The notes beneath the pieces were generated by a model. That model worked only from the letters and a program-made list of their open reading frames with translations, was not told where the DNA came from and did not search any database. 64,000 nt of DNA from Bacteroidales bacterium (GTDB lineage: Bacteria > Bacteroidota > Bacteroidia > Bacteroidales > WCHB1-69), in NCBI GenBank assembly GCA_017651425.1, contig JAGCCZ010000062.1, forward strand, positions 24,564 through 88,563, in the 5' to 3' direction. Shown in pieces: positions 36,520-45,700 of the stretch (positions are counted from its first letter, which is position 1; every line of letters starts with the position of its first letter). The translations under genes and the position numbers were made by a program.

Positions 36520-37764
36520 TTACAACTTAGAGACAGGTACAAGGCTTATCTGGTAACCGTCTTTCTCTATCATACGTTCATCATTGTTCGTCACAATGAC
36601 AAGGTTGCTGCATTTCAACTCTCCAGCACACTCAACCAAACTGTCAACCTCGCGTTTCTCGGTTTTGGGGCTGCTTATGTCGTAACAAACCTGAACCAGC
36701 CGCTCAATGTGTGTTCCCCTTCGCAGGACGAAATCGACCTCCTTGTCATTACGCGAACGATAATAGAACATCGTCTTGTCAGTATCGTATCCACGACGTA
36801 TAAGTTCGATGAACACCTGGTTTTCAAGCAAGCGCCCGAGATTGTCGCTCAATGCGAAAGCCTTGGCCGCTACAAAGCCATTATCCACTACATAGACCTT
36901 TCGCGGGGCCTTCTTCATCAATTTCAGCTTGTTATTGTAACGGGGCAGATAATAAAACAGGTATGGCTCGTGCAGATAGTCCATGAACTTCTTGGTGGTA
37001 TTGACGCTGGAGAAGCCTAACTCTTCTGTCAATTCGTTGGCACTGACAGGATTACAGAAGTTGGAAACAAGATACATAGCGAGATTGTTCAAGTCTGTCA
37101 CATTACGTACATGGTGTCGTTTCGCCACATCCTTCCACACAATGGAGTCAAACAACGTGTCGAGATAACTACGCGTCAATGGACGTGAAGCCACCACCTC
37201 TGGATAGCCGCCATTCCTCATATAATCATCCGTCAGTACTGCGGCTTCAGTTTTCTGTTCCGGCTCCAGTTTGTGGAGGTCGAGTTGATGCCAGTCGAAA
37301 AACTCCTCCAGACTGAACGGCAGCATCTCCACCTGAAGATACTTGCCTGTCAATACTGTGGCCATCTCGCTGCTGAGCATCTTGGCATTGCTACCCGTAA
37401 TGACAAGGTTCTTGCCCATCCTGTAAAGCTCACTGACCCACAAATCCCATGCCTCAAGGTTCTGCACCTCGTCGAGCAGGATATATTCATAATCTGGATA
37501 GACATCATCCAGCATCCGCATGATCAGGTTCGCATCCCAGGCATCCAACAAAGGCTGACTGTCGAAGTTCAAATAGGCAAAGTTCTTGTAACGCAACATC
37601 AGCAAAGCCTGAGTGGATTTGCCCACACGCCGAGGTCCAGTAATCAATTTGATGAGGTGGCTGCCCAGCAAAAGATCTGTATCTTGATTGCCTCGTCGCG
37701 TCAGATAAGGACGTGACATCAAATTGTCGCGTTCCTTTTTTTGGTTGAGAATAACCGTCTTCAT
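36520..37764 (-). CDS. AAA-family ATPase with DUF4143-type C-terminus
   Basis: Walker A GPRRVGKST and Walker B ILLDEVQ. The C-terminal EVDFVL....I.L..V.Y arrangement is typical of this stand-alone ATPase family. Confidence 0.85.
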   Translation of the reverse strand: MKTVILNQKKERDNLMSRPYLTRRGNQDTDLLLGSHLIKLITGPRRVGKSTQALLMLRYKNFAYLNFDSQPLLDAWDANLIMRMLDDVYPDYEYILLDEVQNLEAWDLWVSELYRMGKNLVITGSNAKMLSSEMATVLTGKYLQVEMLPFSLEEFFDWHQLDLHKLEPEQKTEAAVLTDDYMRNGGYPEVVASRPLTRSYLDTLFDSIVWKDVAKRHHVRNVTDLNNLAMYLVSNFCNPVSANELTEELGFSSVNTTKKFMDYLHEPYLFYYLPRYNNKLKLMKKAPRKVYVVDNGFVAAKAFALSDNLGRLLENQVFIELIRRGYDTDKTMFYYRSRNDKEVDFVLRRGTHIERLVQVCYDISSPKTEKREVDSLVECAGELKCSNLVIVTNNDERMIEKDGYQISLVPVSKL

Positions 37765-37786
37765 TTTCTGTCTTTTTATTTGTCGG

Positions 37787-37794
37787 CAAAGATA
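37787..37794 (-). promoter_or_regulatory. -7 promoter box TATCTTTG
   Basis: 22 nt upstream of the ATPase ATG. Confidence 0.6.
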
Positions 37795-37810
37795 CGTTTT
37801 TTTTCAATTC

Positions 37811-37859
37811 ACAATTCTTATTGCATAAAAAAGCATATTTTTTATGCAATAAGAATTGT
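37811..37859. repeat. perfect 22-bp inverted repeat with 5-nt loop
   Basis: acaattcttattgcataaaaaa-gcata-ttttttatgcaataagaattgt, checked base by base. It lies between the ATPase -7 box and the pseudogene fragment. Confidence 0.9.
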
Positions 37860-37900
37860 ATATAGCATAAAGTACGGCAACTTCATTGTTATCCTTAGAA

Positions 37901-37980
37901 CCTTACTGAAGTCCATCCTCACCAAAGTCGCATTTTGCCAGCCGGCCATGGGCAGAACAACGAGCCCGTGACGCGGACAT
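37901..37980 (-). pseudogene. truncated, frameshifted copy of the 3' end of a 36049..36375-like gene
   Basis: About 78 nt align by eye to 36066..36140 (ccttactgaagtccatcctcac...aacaacgagcccgt.acgcg.ac). A 1-nt deletion (tgcccatgg vs tgcccgatgg) breaks the frame. There is no 5' part. Confidence 0.5.
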
Positions 37981-38040
37981 GCTGTTTATAATTGGTTTTC
38001 AAAAAGTGGAAAAATGGACAATTGCGATTGGCGAATTGTC

Positions 38041-38068
38041 TAAATCGTCGGTCGTAACCGACGATTTA
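38041..38068 (-). terminator. hairpin downstream of lipoprotein gene 38145..39257
   Basis: 12-bp perfect stem taaatcgtcggt-cgta-accgacgattta. There is no clear U-run on the minus strand. Confidence 0.5.
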
Positions 38069-38144
38069 TTATATAATTTACACACGAATGAAATTCACCG
38101 AATAACAGTTACCAGCAAAAGCATTTAGCAGATGATTCGGCGAC

Positions 38145-39257
38145 TTATTCTTTCGCACTATAACTCCTCACCACCTCCACCTTCTTCGTCTCAGGATCCG
38201 TGTACAGGATTTGCAACCGTTCCAAGGCCGTGTTTAAAACATATTCGTAGTCGCCATTTTGGAAATGGTATTCGTGTTTTGCGGCATCGTACCGCCCTTG
38301 CGTGACAATCAGATCCGGGGCGGAAGAGAACATCTTGTCCTTCTTCCACAAAAGGAGGCGATAGGAGCCGTTCGCAACGCTGTCAACACGGACGATGGAA
38401 TCTCCCGCCTCGAACTCCGACAACAGCCAACCTGGTTCCAGCAAGTATTTGGCCAAGACAGGGTTGTATTCCAGCTGTTTGTAACGGAACTTCTCGCCGT
38501 CCCAGGTGAAACGATGGTAAAAATCCGTCATGAACAAACCGCCGTCGGGGCCTCTCAGGTAGGCGAATTGCGGCATATAGAGATCCTTTCCCGTCAGTTC
38601 GAAGAAGAAGTTTTCTTCCCAAGCACCTTCGTAGTAAAGCGACGGCGAACCAGGGGTGCACTCAACGGAAAGATTAGCGGAAAAGCCCACTGCTTTTGGG
38701 TGAATTTCGGGGATGTGCTCAAAGATTTCGGCTGGCTTTAGCAATCCTGTTTTATCCATCGAAAAGGCATCCACACCTATATCGTATGACCAACCTTCCT
38801 GACGAAAGAAATACTCAACGAGATAAACCGACCCATCTGAAGATTCCAGTTGATACAACTTCCTTGGTTCCCGATAATAGTCCTCCATAAACACCCCCTG
38901 AAACGTTACATTGTTTTTGGTTTGATAGATGGTATGGAAGCTGATTGTGCTACCGAAGTCGCCGTCTTCCCAGCTATAAACTTTCAGCTTCCCATTGGGC
39001 GAGGTGAGAAGGGTAATGCGCAACTCATACAGCTTCGCGGACAAATCCGCATCGAAAGTGGTCTCATCGTGCTGCAGTCTCTCCACGAAGCTTACCAGCT
39101 CCTTGGCGTATGCCTTTCTTTCAGGAGAGTCATCCTCGAAGGTGAGGAAGTATTTCGTGGGGTCAGTAGTAACTTGTTTTTTCTTCTTGCAGCTTGACAA
39201 GACTACGACGAGTGCTATCACTAATACGACGAGTAATAGATGGTTGTTGTTAAACAT
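38145..39257 (-). CDS. hypothetical lipoprotein, island paralog family (member 1)
   Basis: Lipobox VVLSSCKKK. The C-terminal module IVRVDSVANGSYRLLLWKKDKMFSSAPDLIVTQG is shared with 42137..43318 and, more loosely, with 46767..47879. Confidence 0.65.
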   Translation of the reverse strand: MFNNNHLLLVVLVIALVVVLSSCKKKKQVTTDPTKYFLTFEDDSPERKAYAKELVSFVERLQHDETTFDADLSAKLYELRITLLTSPNGKLKVYSWEDGDFGSTISFHTIYQTKNNVTFQGVFMEDYYREPRKLYQLESSDGSVYLVEYFFRQEGWSYDIGVDAFSMDKTGLLKPAEIFEHIPEIHPKAVGFSANLSVECTPGSPSLYYEGAWEENFFFELTGKDLYMPQFAYLRGPDGGLFMTDFYHRFTWDGEKFRYKQLEYNPVLAKYLLEPGWLLSEFEAGDSIVRVDSVANGSYRLLLWKKDKMFSSAPDLIVTQGRYDAAKHEYHFQNGDYEYVLNTALERLQILYTDPETKKVEVVRSYSAKE

Positions 39258-39320
39258 TTTTTGCTGGACTAAAATAGTAATTGATTTTCAGTTCTTCATT
39301 AATATGTCTGCATCATCCTT

Positions 39321-40592
39321 CTAACGAATCTTCAGCGTCAAAATAGTCACCGCAGCAAGTATGAGCGTGACAATACAGAACCGTAACACAATCTTCACCT
39401 CGTGATGTTTGTTTTCACTGCCTTTGAAGACAAAAGTGCAAGTTGGGTCGTATTTCCGAACGTCTTCAATGGATTTGCGGAAATGGTCATGAATCGGGGT
39501 GCCTCTCCAAACCCGCACATGGCGATTCCGTTTCTTGTAGAATTTATACACCCGCGTTTGAATGATGACGCCGAGACTTTCCACCAAGAAAACCCCACAG
39601 AGCAAAGGCAGCATCAGCTCCTTGTGGATAATCATCGCGCAAACGCCGATGATGCCGCCTATGGTTAAGCTGCCCGTGTCACCGAGGAACACCTGCGCCG
39701 GGAAACCGTTCCACCACAGGTAGCCCACCAATGCCCCGATGAATGTGGCCAGGAAGATTGTGATTTCCTCAGAGCCTGGGATGTACATTACATCGAAATA
39801 TTCAGCGAACACAACGCTGCCACTCATATATGCCAGCACTAAAAGTGCAACGCCGATTATAGCTGAATTTCCGGCGCACATACCATCCATACCGTCGTTT
39901 AGGTTGGCCCCGTTGCTCACCGCTGCGACTACGAACACCGTCAACAGCACGAAAAAGATCCAGCCTGCACGGTACTTGTTTGTCTCGCCGAGCCATGAAA
40001 ACAAGTCGGCATAGTTGAAATTATGATGTTTCACAAATGGAATTGTCGTCTGGGTGGATTTTATCTCCGGAGTTTTGTCCACCACCTCGATGTTGTTCTC
40101 GATGTGACTGCTCACCACCTCGTTCATCGTCACCGCCGGACTAAAACGCAGGGTAAGGCCGACAATCAGACCGAGTAACACCTGCCCTGCAATCTTCACC
40201 CAGCCGTTCAGGCCATCTTTGTTTTTACGGAAGGTCTTGATGTAGTCATCCGTGAAGCCAAGCAATCCCATCAACACCATAGTAACGAGCATCAGAATCA
40301 TATACACATTTGTCAGTTTGCCCAACAGCAGACAAGGAAACAAAATGGCCACGATGACGATGATGCCGCCCATAGTGGGCACATTCTTCTTCTCTTTTGC
40401 CGCCGGGTCGATCTTCTCATCGCGCTGTGTCTCGCTAATCTTGTGGCGAGTCATCCAATGGATAAACCACTTTCCGAACCAAATACTGATGCACAGTGCC
40501 ATGATGCCTGCAATGATGGCGCGGAAGGAGATGTAAGTAAACAAACTTACGCCGAAAAGGCTATTGAAATAGGTGAATAAAGAGTATAACAT
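39321..40592 (-). CDS. mraY: phospho-N-acetylmuramoyl-pentapeptide transferase
   Basis: 423 aa. KNVPTMGGIIVI, FTDDYIK, NGANLNDGMDGM, FLGDTGSLTIGG and PIHDHF are present, with the Bacteroidales-type C-terminus ..TLKIR. Confidence 0.9.
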   Translation of the reverse strand: MLYSLFTYFNSLFGVSLFTYISFRAIIAGIMALCISIWFGKWFIHWMTRHKISETQRDEKIDPAAKEKKNVPTMGGIIVIVAILFPCLLLGKLTNVYMILMLVTMVLMGLLGFTDDYIKTFRKNKDGLNGWVKIAGQVLLGLIVGLTLRFSPAVTMNEVVSSHIENNIEVVDKTPEIKSTQTTIPFVKHHNFNYADLFSWLGETNKYRAGWIFFVLLTVFVVAAVSNGANLNDGMDGMCAGNSAIIGVALLVLAYMSGSVVFAEYFDVMYIPGSEEITIFLATFIGALVGYLWWNGFPAQVFLGDTGSLTIGGIIGVCAMIIHKELMLPLLCGVFLVESLGVIIQTRVYKFYKKRNRHVRVWRGTPIHDHFRKSIEDVRKYDPTCTFVFKGSENKHHEVKIVLRFCIVTLILAAVTILTLKIR

Positions 40593-40598
40593 GATGAA

Positions 40599-41123
40599 TT
40601 ATTGTTTGATTATTACAAGATACTTTGGAGGAACAGCCTCTGTCAGCCACACATTGTTTCTTGAAAGCCAGAATTGATATCCGTCTTCCCACATTTTGTG
40701 TGCGGCAACTTTCAAAATGACCACATTCCCTTTCCTACGGCTTCCCACTTTTAACGCTATGGATTCGTCAATCGACAGGTGAACATGTTGACGGCTCATT
40801 GGTACGAGTCCTTTTTCCATGATAGAGGGCACATTTGCAGCAACGGTGCCGTGATAGAGATATTCTGGCGGTGTAGCTTCCGCCAATTCTACATCCACGG
40901 CAATACTATGCCCTTGTCGAGCACGGATGTACTGACCATCCTCCGAAAACTCGAACCGCTGTTTGTTACTATTTGCTACGATATTTATCAGTTCCTCAAG
41001 AGTGAAAGCATGACTTGTAATAAGATCACTGACCTCCCGCCAACCATGGATGTCGAAAGCGTAGTGGATGTCGTGGCGCAGGAGGTAGGCTAAACGTTTT
41101 TCTTTATGGATGTTGTCGGGCAT
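40599..41123 (-). CDS. kptA: RNA 2'-phosphotransferase (Tpt1/KptA family)
   Basis: LAYLLRHD, GW, IRARQGHS, YHGT and QHVHLS, i.e. an R-H-R-R catalytic-tetrad context. 174 aa. Confidence 0.85.
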   Translation of the reverse strand: MPDNIHKEKRLAYLLRHDIHYAFDIHGWREVSDLITSHAFTLEELINIVANSNKQRFEFSEDGQYIRARQGHSIAVDVELAEATPPEYLYHGTVAANVPSIMEKGLVPMSRQHVHLSIDESIALKVGSRRKGNVVILKVAAHKMWEDGYQFWLSRNNVWLTEAVPPKYLVIIKQ

Positions 41124-41170
41124 GGGGTAAATGATTTAAGATAACAAAAACTGGGTGGTAATGCTCAGAA

Positions 41171-42052
41171 TTATATGTTGAACCATTCCAAACTTTCTTC
41201 AAAAGTCTTTCGTAAGTCTTCAACGGATGGATCTGACGGCAATTTGTACTTTTCGTCAAGGAACGAATAGGCATATATATTCGCCAGTTTAACACCCACA
41301 AGCAACGCTTCTCCGTCTATGAGATTGACAGAAGTATTAACCGCCCTGAGCTCCTGACTGTTACGAATTGCAACTCCCACCTCCTTGTCCCATACCTTGA
41401 ATTGCCGAACGACCTCTGCTCTACCCAATCCCGTCAAATAATAAATTCCAAGGTCCACGTCACGAAAAATCGCGGGTGTTATCACATTTCCACGCTTGCC
41501 ACTGTATCCAAATCCCAATCTCGTCAAGTAAGCATCCTTGACACAGCAGTCATGAACAACGCCGAACAAGGTGTCACGTGCCTCATCGTCCGTAAATTCC
41601 CGTTCAGTATGGTATAAAACAGCCATATAGTCAATATGTGACAGTTTGTTCTTTTCTATGACATAATCTTTATCCTTGGCTAAACGCAGACAGATAAAGT
41701 AATAATTCCTGTCCGCATCAAATTGTCCCAAATTACTCTTAATAAAGTCTAACGGGAAATGACGGATGATAATCCAGGCGCATCTGTTTTCATGGTACCT
41801 CTCCCACAATTCTTTGACCTTCTGCTCAAAAGAAGGGTCCCACAAATCAAGCAACCTGGAATACACCCATTCCCTGTCGGACTTTCCGGAATCCAAAAAA
41901 GCATCCATGATCCGCTTTTGGTCCTCCCAGTCAAGACCGGAGAACCGCTTACGAATCTCGTTCCGCGACTCTGACACTTTGCCACTTTTCTTGTCGATAT
42001 AGTTCTTGATGACCGTGGCGATGGGATTGTTTCGTTTCACATTTCTGTACAT
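41171..42052 (-). CDS. hypothetical protein (293 aa, cytoplasmic)
   Basis: Clean ATG ORF, co-directional with 47-nt and 84-nt gaps to its neighbours. No motif I can assign. Confidence 0.6.
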   Translation of the reverse strand: MYRNVKRNNPIATVIKNYIDKKSGKVSESRNEIRKRFSGLDWEDQKRIMDAFLDSGKSDREWVYSRLLDLWDPSFEQKVKELWERYHENRCAWIIIRHFPLDFIKSNLGQFDADRNYYFICLRLAKDKDYVIEKNKLSHIDYMAVLYHTEREFTDDEARDTLFGVVHDCCVKDAYLTRLGFGYSGKRGNVITPAIFRDVDLGIYYLTGLGRAEVVRQFKVWDKEVGVAIRNSQELRAVNTSVNLIDGEALLVGVKLANIYAYSFLDEKYKLPSDPSVEDLRKTFEESLEWFNI

Positions 42053-42136
42053 TTCTACTATTCTTTCATTGGGCTTGACATACGAATAATGACTAATTCA
42101 AAAACAACGGGAATATTTAATCAGCATACATAGTTC

Positions 42137-43318
42137 CTAATCTTCAAAATCATACTTGGCAATCTGTTTCCCGTCTTTCAACACGTGCAAGTTATACTCA
42201 GAAACCCTATAATCATAATCCTTGTTCTTGAAAACGAACTGTTCATTTTTCTCATCCCTTGTGCCATTCGTGATGACCAGTTCTGGCTCCGAGTCCATTT
42301 TTTTGTCCGCAGCCCATGCAGCATACCGATAAACACCATCCTTCATCTTGTCAACCCTAATCAGATTTCTTTTGGTCTGTTTCAAGAATTCCATAGACTC
42401 GTAATCTTTCAAAGAAAGATGGAGAAATGGATTGGCAACGGATTTGTCGCCAATCTGCCGCATTTGTTTTCCATCCCACAAGTAGCACAAGTATCTGTCA
42501 TTCAAATAAACATCCTCTTCTGGAACGTACAGGACATTCGTTTTTTCATCAAAATAATCCAACCATTCAAACCCCATCCCACTTGTGCGACTATACCAGT
42601 CACCAGGATAAAACTCATAGGAAACAGCATGCTCCCTTCCACTTTCTTTCGTGTCCCCCTCATGACCGGCGACCTCAACCAGTCCCGAATCTGTTAGCAA
42701 ATAGACACTATATCCGATAAAGCATTCCCCTCCATAAGGAAACTCATCTGCTGTCAAATAATAATTGTCCCCTTTGACATGCAGCGTGCGCAAACTAAAA
42801 GGACAAGCCCCTGTCCAATCATGATAAAGTGAGGCTTGGTAATGTATTTTTCCAGCACGACGATACTGGACGAGCGTATATGCATCGCTCCATCGTCCAT
42901 CATGCTGTGGTTCCCATACATAAAACCGAATCATGCTGTCCTTGGAGTCGAGGATTTGAATATCCGCATAATGGCAGATGGAATCAAATGGGTAGTTCAT
43001 AGAAGAGGAATCAGACATCACCACCTCCTTAAAAAGGTCATAATCAAAATTATAGTAATCAGCTATCATATTTGAGATAGTGACACCGTCGGGGAAAAAG
43101 TAGTGTACCAGTTTCCACTCCGCCTCTTCCATCGAGGAGTAAGTAATCACCGAATCACAGTTCTCTTTGGTATATGAATGCCTTACGACAAGAGTCTTTT
43201 GCGGGAATCGCCGTTCAAATTGAGGCATATCCGTAAAACATTCCGATTGTCTGGATTTGTTTTGACAGGAAAACAACATTGTTGCCACGATGAAAATAAA
43301 AAGCGTTATTCGTTTCAT
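42137..43318 (-). CDS. hypothetical lipoprotein, island paralog family (member 2)
   Basis: ATG 43318 gives MKRITLFIFIVATMLFSCQNK. The track start 43399 overlaps the upstream gene. It shares the identical 15-mer ITYSSMEEAEWKLVH with member 3 and the C-terminal LIRVDKMKDGVYRYAAWAADKKMDSEPELVITNG with member 1. Confidence 0.65.
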   Translation of the reverse strand: MKRITLFIFIVATMLFSCQNKSRQSECFTDMPQFERRFPQKTLVVRHSYTKENCDSVITYSSMEEAEWKLVHYFFPDGVTISNMIADYYNFDYDLFKEVVMSDSSSMNYPFDSICHYADIQILDSKDSMIRFYVWEPQHDGRWSDAYTLVQYRRAGKIHYQASLYHDWTGACPFSLRTLHVKGDNYYLTADEFPYGGECFIGYSVYLLTDSGLVEVAGHEGDTKESGREHAVSYEFYPGDWYSRTSGMGFEWLDYFDEKTNVLYVPEEDVYLNDRYLCYLWDGKQMRQIGDKSVANPFLHLSLKDYESMEFLKQTKRNLIRVDKMKDGVYRYAAWAADKKMDSEPELVITNGTRDEKNEQFVFKNKDYDYRVSEYNLHVLKDGKQIAKYDFED

Positions 43319-43364
43319 ATTCGATGTTTGTCTGAATGTATTATTAACTTCCATGGTGAGGTCA

Positions 43365-44267
43365 TTACTTACACACAAACTTTTTGCCGTTCCAAACAAA
43401 TTTCCTATAATGATCGGTTATTTGGGTTGAACAGCAATATTCATCCATATCTTTATACACATACGTTCGGATATAAATGGCGGATTCGCTTGGATCAAAA
43501 TACCCTAACGTTCTAAAATCATTTTCTGCTAAAGTGTCATACATCTCGTCATTCATACAAATTTCCGTATAGAGGCTTTGGCCATCTTCTTCCCAACCGC
43601 TGAATCCACCTTTCTCTTTAAAAACGAAAGCTGGATGCAATCCTGCGCTGTCCAACTCGTAAGCACACAACCTGTAACTGTCTCCGCTACCCGTATATCC
43701 ATTGTATCCCCAGACAAAATACAGTGTGGAATAACCTGTATTAAAAGTGTAAATGGTGTCAGGCCGTAAGCAATAGTAGCAATCCTCGGCCCGTTCGGGT
43801 TCATCTGCCTTGTGCACTTTGCCATTCATCCTGTAATAGGCCAACATCATAGGCATCTCGTGTGCTGAATGAGGGAATAATCCATAACACCGTATATTTC
43901 CATCTTCGGAAGTGACAGGCTTACAAAGATCGCAGAAAGATTTATCCTCACTAAAAAGTGAATCGAACGGATAATCCATAGACGAAGGGTCGGACAAGAT
44001 TATTTTTTCAAAATCTTCATACGAACAGTTGGGCACAAAATGCACCAACTTCCACTCCGCCTCTTCCATGGAAGAGTAGGTGATTTCTGTGGAATCGTTG
44101 GCATGATGGTGAATCCAAACGAACTTTTGAGGAAATTTTTGTTCGAACTCGGGCGTTTGCATATCTAATGAAGCTACATTCTTGTTGTCGCAACTGAGCA
44201 AAACAGCAGCAAGAAAGAAGATTGATGCAACCAGTGACAGATGATTATTGAATAAATTCTCGCACAT
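43365..44267 (-). CDS. hypothetical lipoprotein, island paralog family (member 3, lacks the C-terminal module)
   Basis: Lipobox AAVLLSCDNK. The N-terminal region PEFEQKFPQK...ITYSSMEEAEWKLVH...DPSSMDYPFDS parallels member 2. Confidence 0.65.
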   Translation of the reverse strand: MCENLFNNHLSLVASIFFLAAVLLSCDNKNVASLDMQTPEFEQKFPQKFVWIHHHANDSTEITYSSMEEAEWKLVHFVPNCSYEDFEKIILSDPSSMDYPFDSLFSEDKSFCDLCKPVTSEDGNIRCYGLFPHSAHEMPMMLAYYRMNGKVHKADEPERAEDCYYCLRPDTIYTFNTGYSTLYFVWGYNGYTGSGDSYRLCAYELDSAGLHPAFVFKEKGGFSGWEEDGQSLYTEICMNDEMYDTLAENDFRTLGYFDPSESAIYIRTYVYKDMDEYCCSTQITDHYRKFVWNGKKFVCK

Positions 44268-44347
44268 GATTATAAAAATTAGGTTAAAAAAATACTGTTT
44301 ATCTTAGAATTTATGAATAACGATGCCAAACGCCCCATTTATCTTGA

Positions 44348-44551
44348 TTAATTACGGTATCTGGATCGAATCAGCAATACGCCAAGAATACAGATTATGA
44401 CAACGGTTCCGACACTGATGATACTATGAGTCACAATAGGAAGATTGAAAAACAGAGGAACAACCTGAGCGATAGCTATGAGGAAAAGTAATATTTCCGA
44501 ACCTTGTTGCAAACGTCTGTTCTTGTTTTGGTTGATGCTATTCGTAAACAC
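44348..44551 (-). CDS. possible small two-TM membrane protein
   Basis: 67 codons with a GTG start only. It has two hydrophobic stretches (ILLFLIAIAQVVPLFF, IISVGTVVIICILGVLLI) and lies 57 nt downstream of the rSAM gene. Confidence 0.35.
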   Translation of the reverse strand: MFTNSINQNKNRRLQQGSEILLFLIAIAQVVPLFFNLPIVTHSIISVGTVVIICILGVLLIRSRYRN

Positions 44552-44608
44552 AATCAGATATTTGAGCTTCCGTCCCAGAGCCTCGATGTTTTTGGGAAAC
44601 TGTCTAGA

Positions 44609-45700
44609 TCAAACTATTTTGTTGTACAGCAAATTAATTTTCTCAATCGCCTTTATCGCAAGTTTATTCTCGTAAGTATCTTCGGGGTTTGAAAGAATTC
44701 TATTCGCTGTCAAAAGTGCAGAAAAGACGGCACGGATTTTTGTAAGTTTGCATTTACTTTTATCTCTTCTATTTATTATCCCATTTGCCAGCATATTTGC
44801 GCCATAACAAGAATTACACACAGGTTCTAGATGGCAATTTTCCCGACACTCCGTGTCAACGAAACACTTTGGATTAGAGAAATCAATGTTATAGATTTCG
44901 GACATTTGATCATCAGAAAAGGTCATTGGGGTAAAAAAGGTACATGGATATCGCCGACCATCGCAATCATAGGCTGCCATATGTTCACCACACCCACACC
45001 ATTTATGTAATTCAGTTTCTTCTTCACATTTGTGAATCGGCATGTTGATAATAGGTGCAGGTTTGTATTGTGGATTATCAATATAGAATTGACACAATTT
45101 ACCAAGTTCTTCTATGATGACATTTACATGATTGTCATCGTCCCAATCTATTCCCTCAGCGAAATTTGATCCTGCTATGTTAAAACCTAATTTATGTATA
45201 TGAACAATATTGTCGTATATGTGATTGATCGTCTGCTTTGAAATAGTCATCTTCACTGTCTGAGTAGGCCAACATTCCAAGAAGAATGGAATATCAATAG
45301 CAGCATATGAATTGGAACGATTTATATTATGATCAGTTGAGGTACCATCAAGACTTAAACTTAACCAAAACTGTTCCTTATGCCGCCGTAGCCAATCTTT
45401 AATTTCCGAAGTCAACAATGTTCCGTTGGTAGTGGCAAAAAAAACATACTTGTTTCGCCACTGTTTCGTCCATGTCCATTCACAAATCTCGCGTATCGTA
45501 TCAAAAGCAACAAATGGTTCTCCCCCAAAAAGATCTATTTCCACTTCATCATAGTTCTGGTCATTAAGATAATTTTCTATAATAGATTTAGCGACGGACT
45601 TTGGCATTTTCATTGTTGATTTTGTGTTTTCGTAACAATAAACACAATTCAAATTGCAACTATGCGTTAATATCAGTGACAAATGGAATTTTCTATTCAT
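44609..45700 (-). CDS. radical SAM / SPASM-domain peptide maturase
   Basis: CNLNCVYC (the CxxxCxxC motif) at residues 15-22. C-terminal auxiliary-cluster cysteines CGCGEHMAAYDCDGRRYPC and CRENCHLEPVCNSCYG. It is immediately preceded by Cys-rich short ORFs. Confidence 0.9.
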   Translation of the reverse strand: MNRKFHLSLILTHSCNLNCVYCYENTKSTMKMPKSVAKSIIENYLNDQNYDEVEIDLFGGEPFVAFDTIREICEWTWTKQWRNKYVFFATTNGTLLTSEIKDWLRRHKEQFWLSLSLDGTSTDHNINRSNSYAAIDIPFFLECWPTQTVKMTISKQTINHIYDNIVHIHKLGFNIAGSNFAEGIDWDDDNHVNVIIEELGKLCQFYIDNPQYKPAPIINMPIHKCEEETELHKWCGCGEHMAAYDCDGRRYPCTFFTPMTFSDDQMSEIYNIDFSNPKCFVDTECRENCHLEPVCNSCYGANMLANGIINRRDKSKCKLTKIRAVFSALLTANRILSNPEDTYENKLAIKAIEKINLLYNKIV

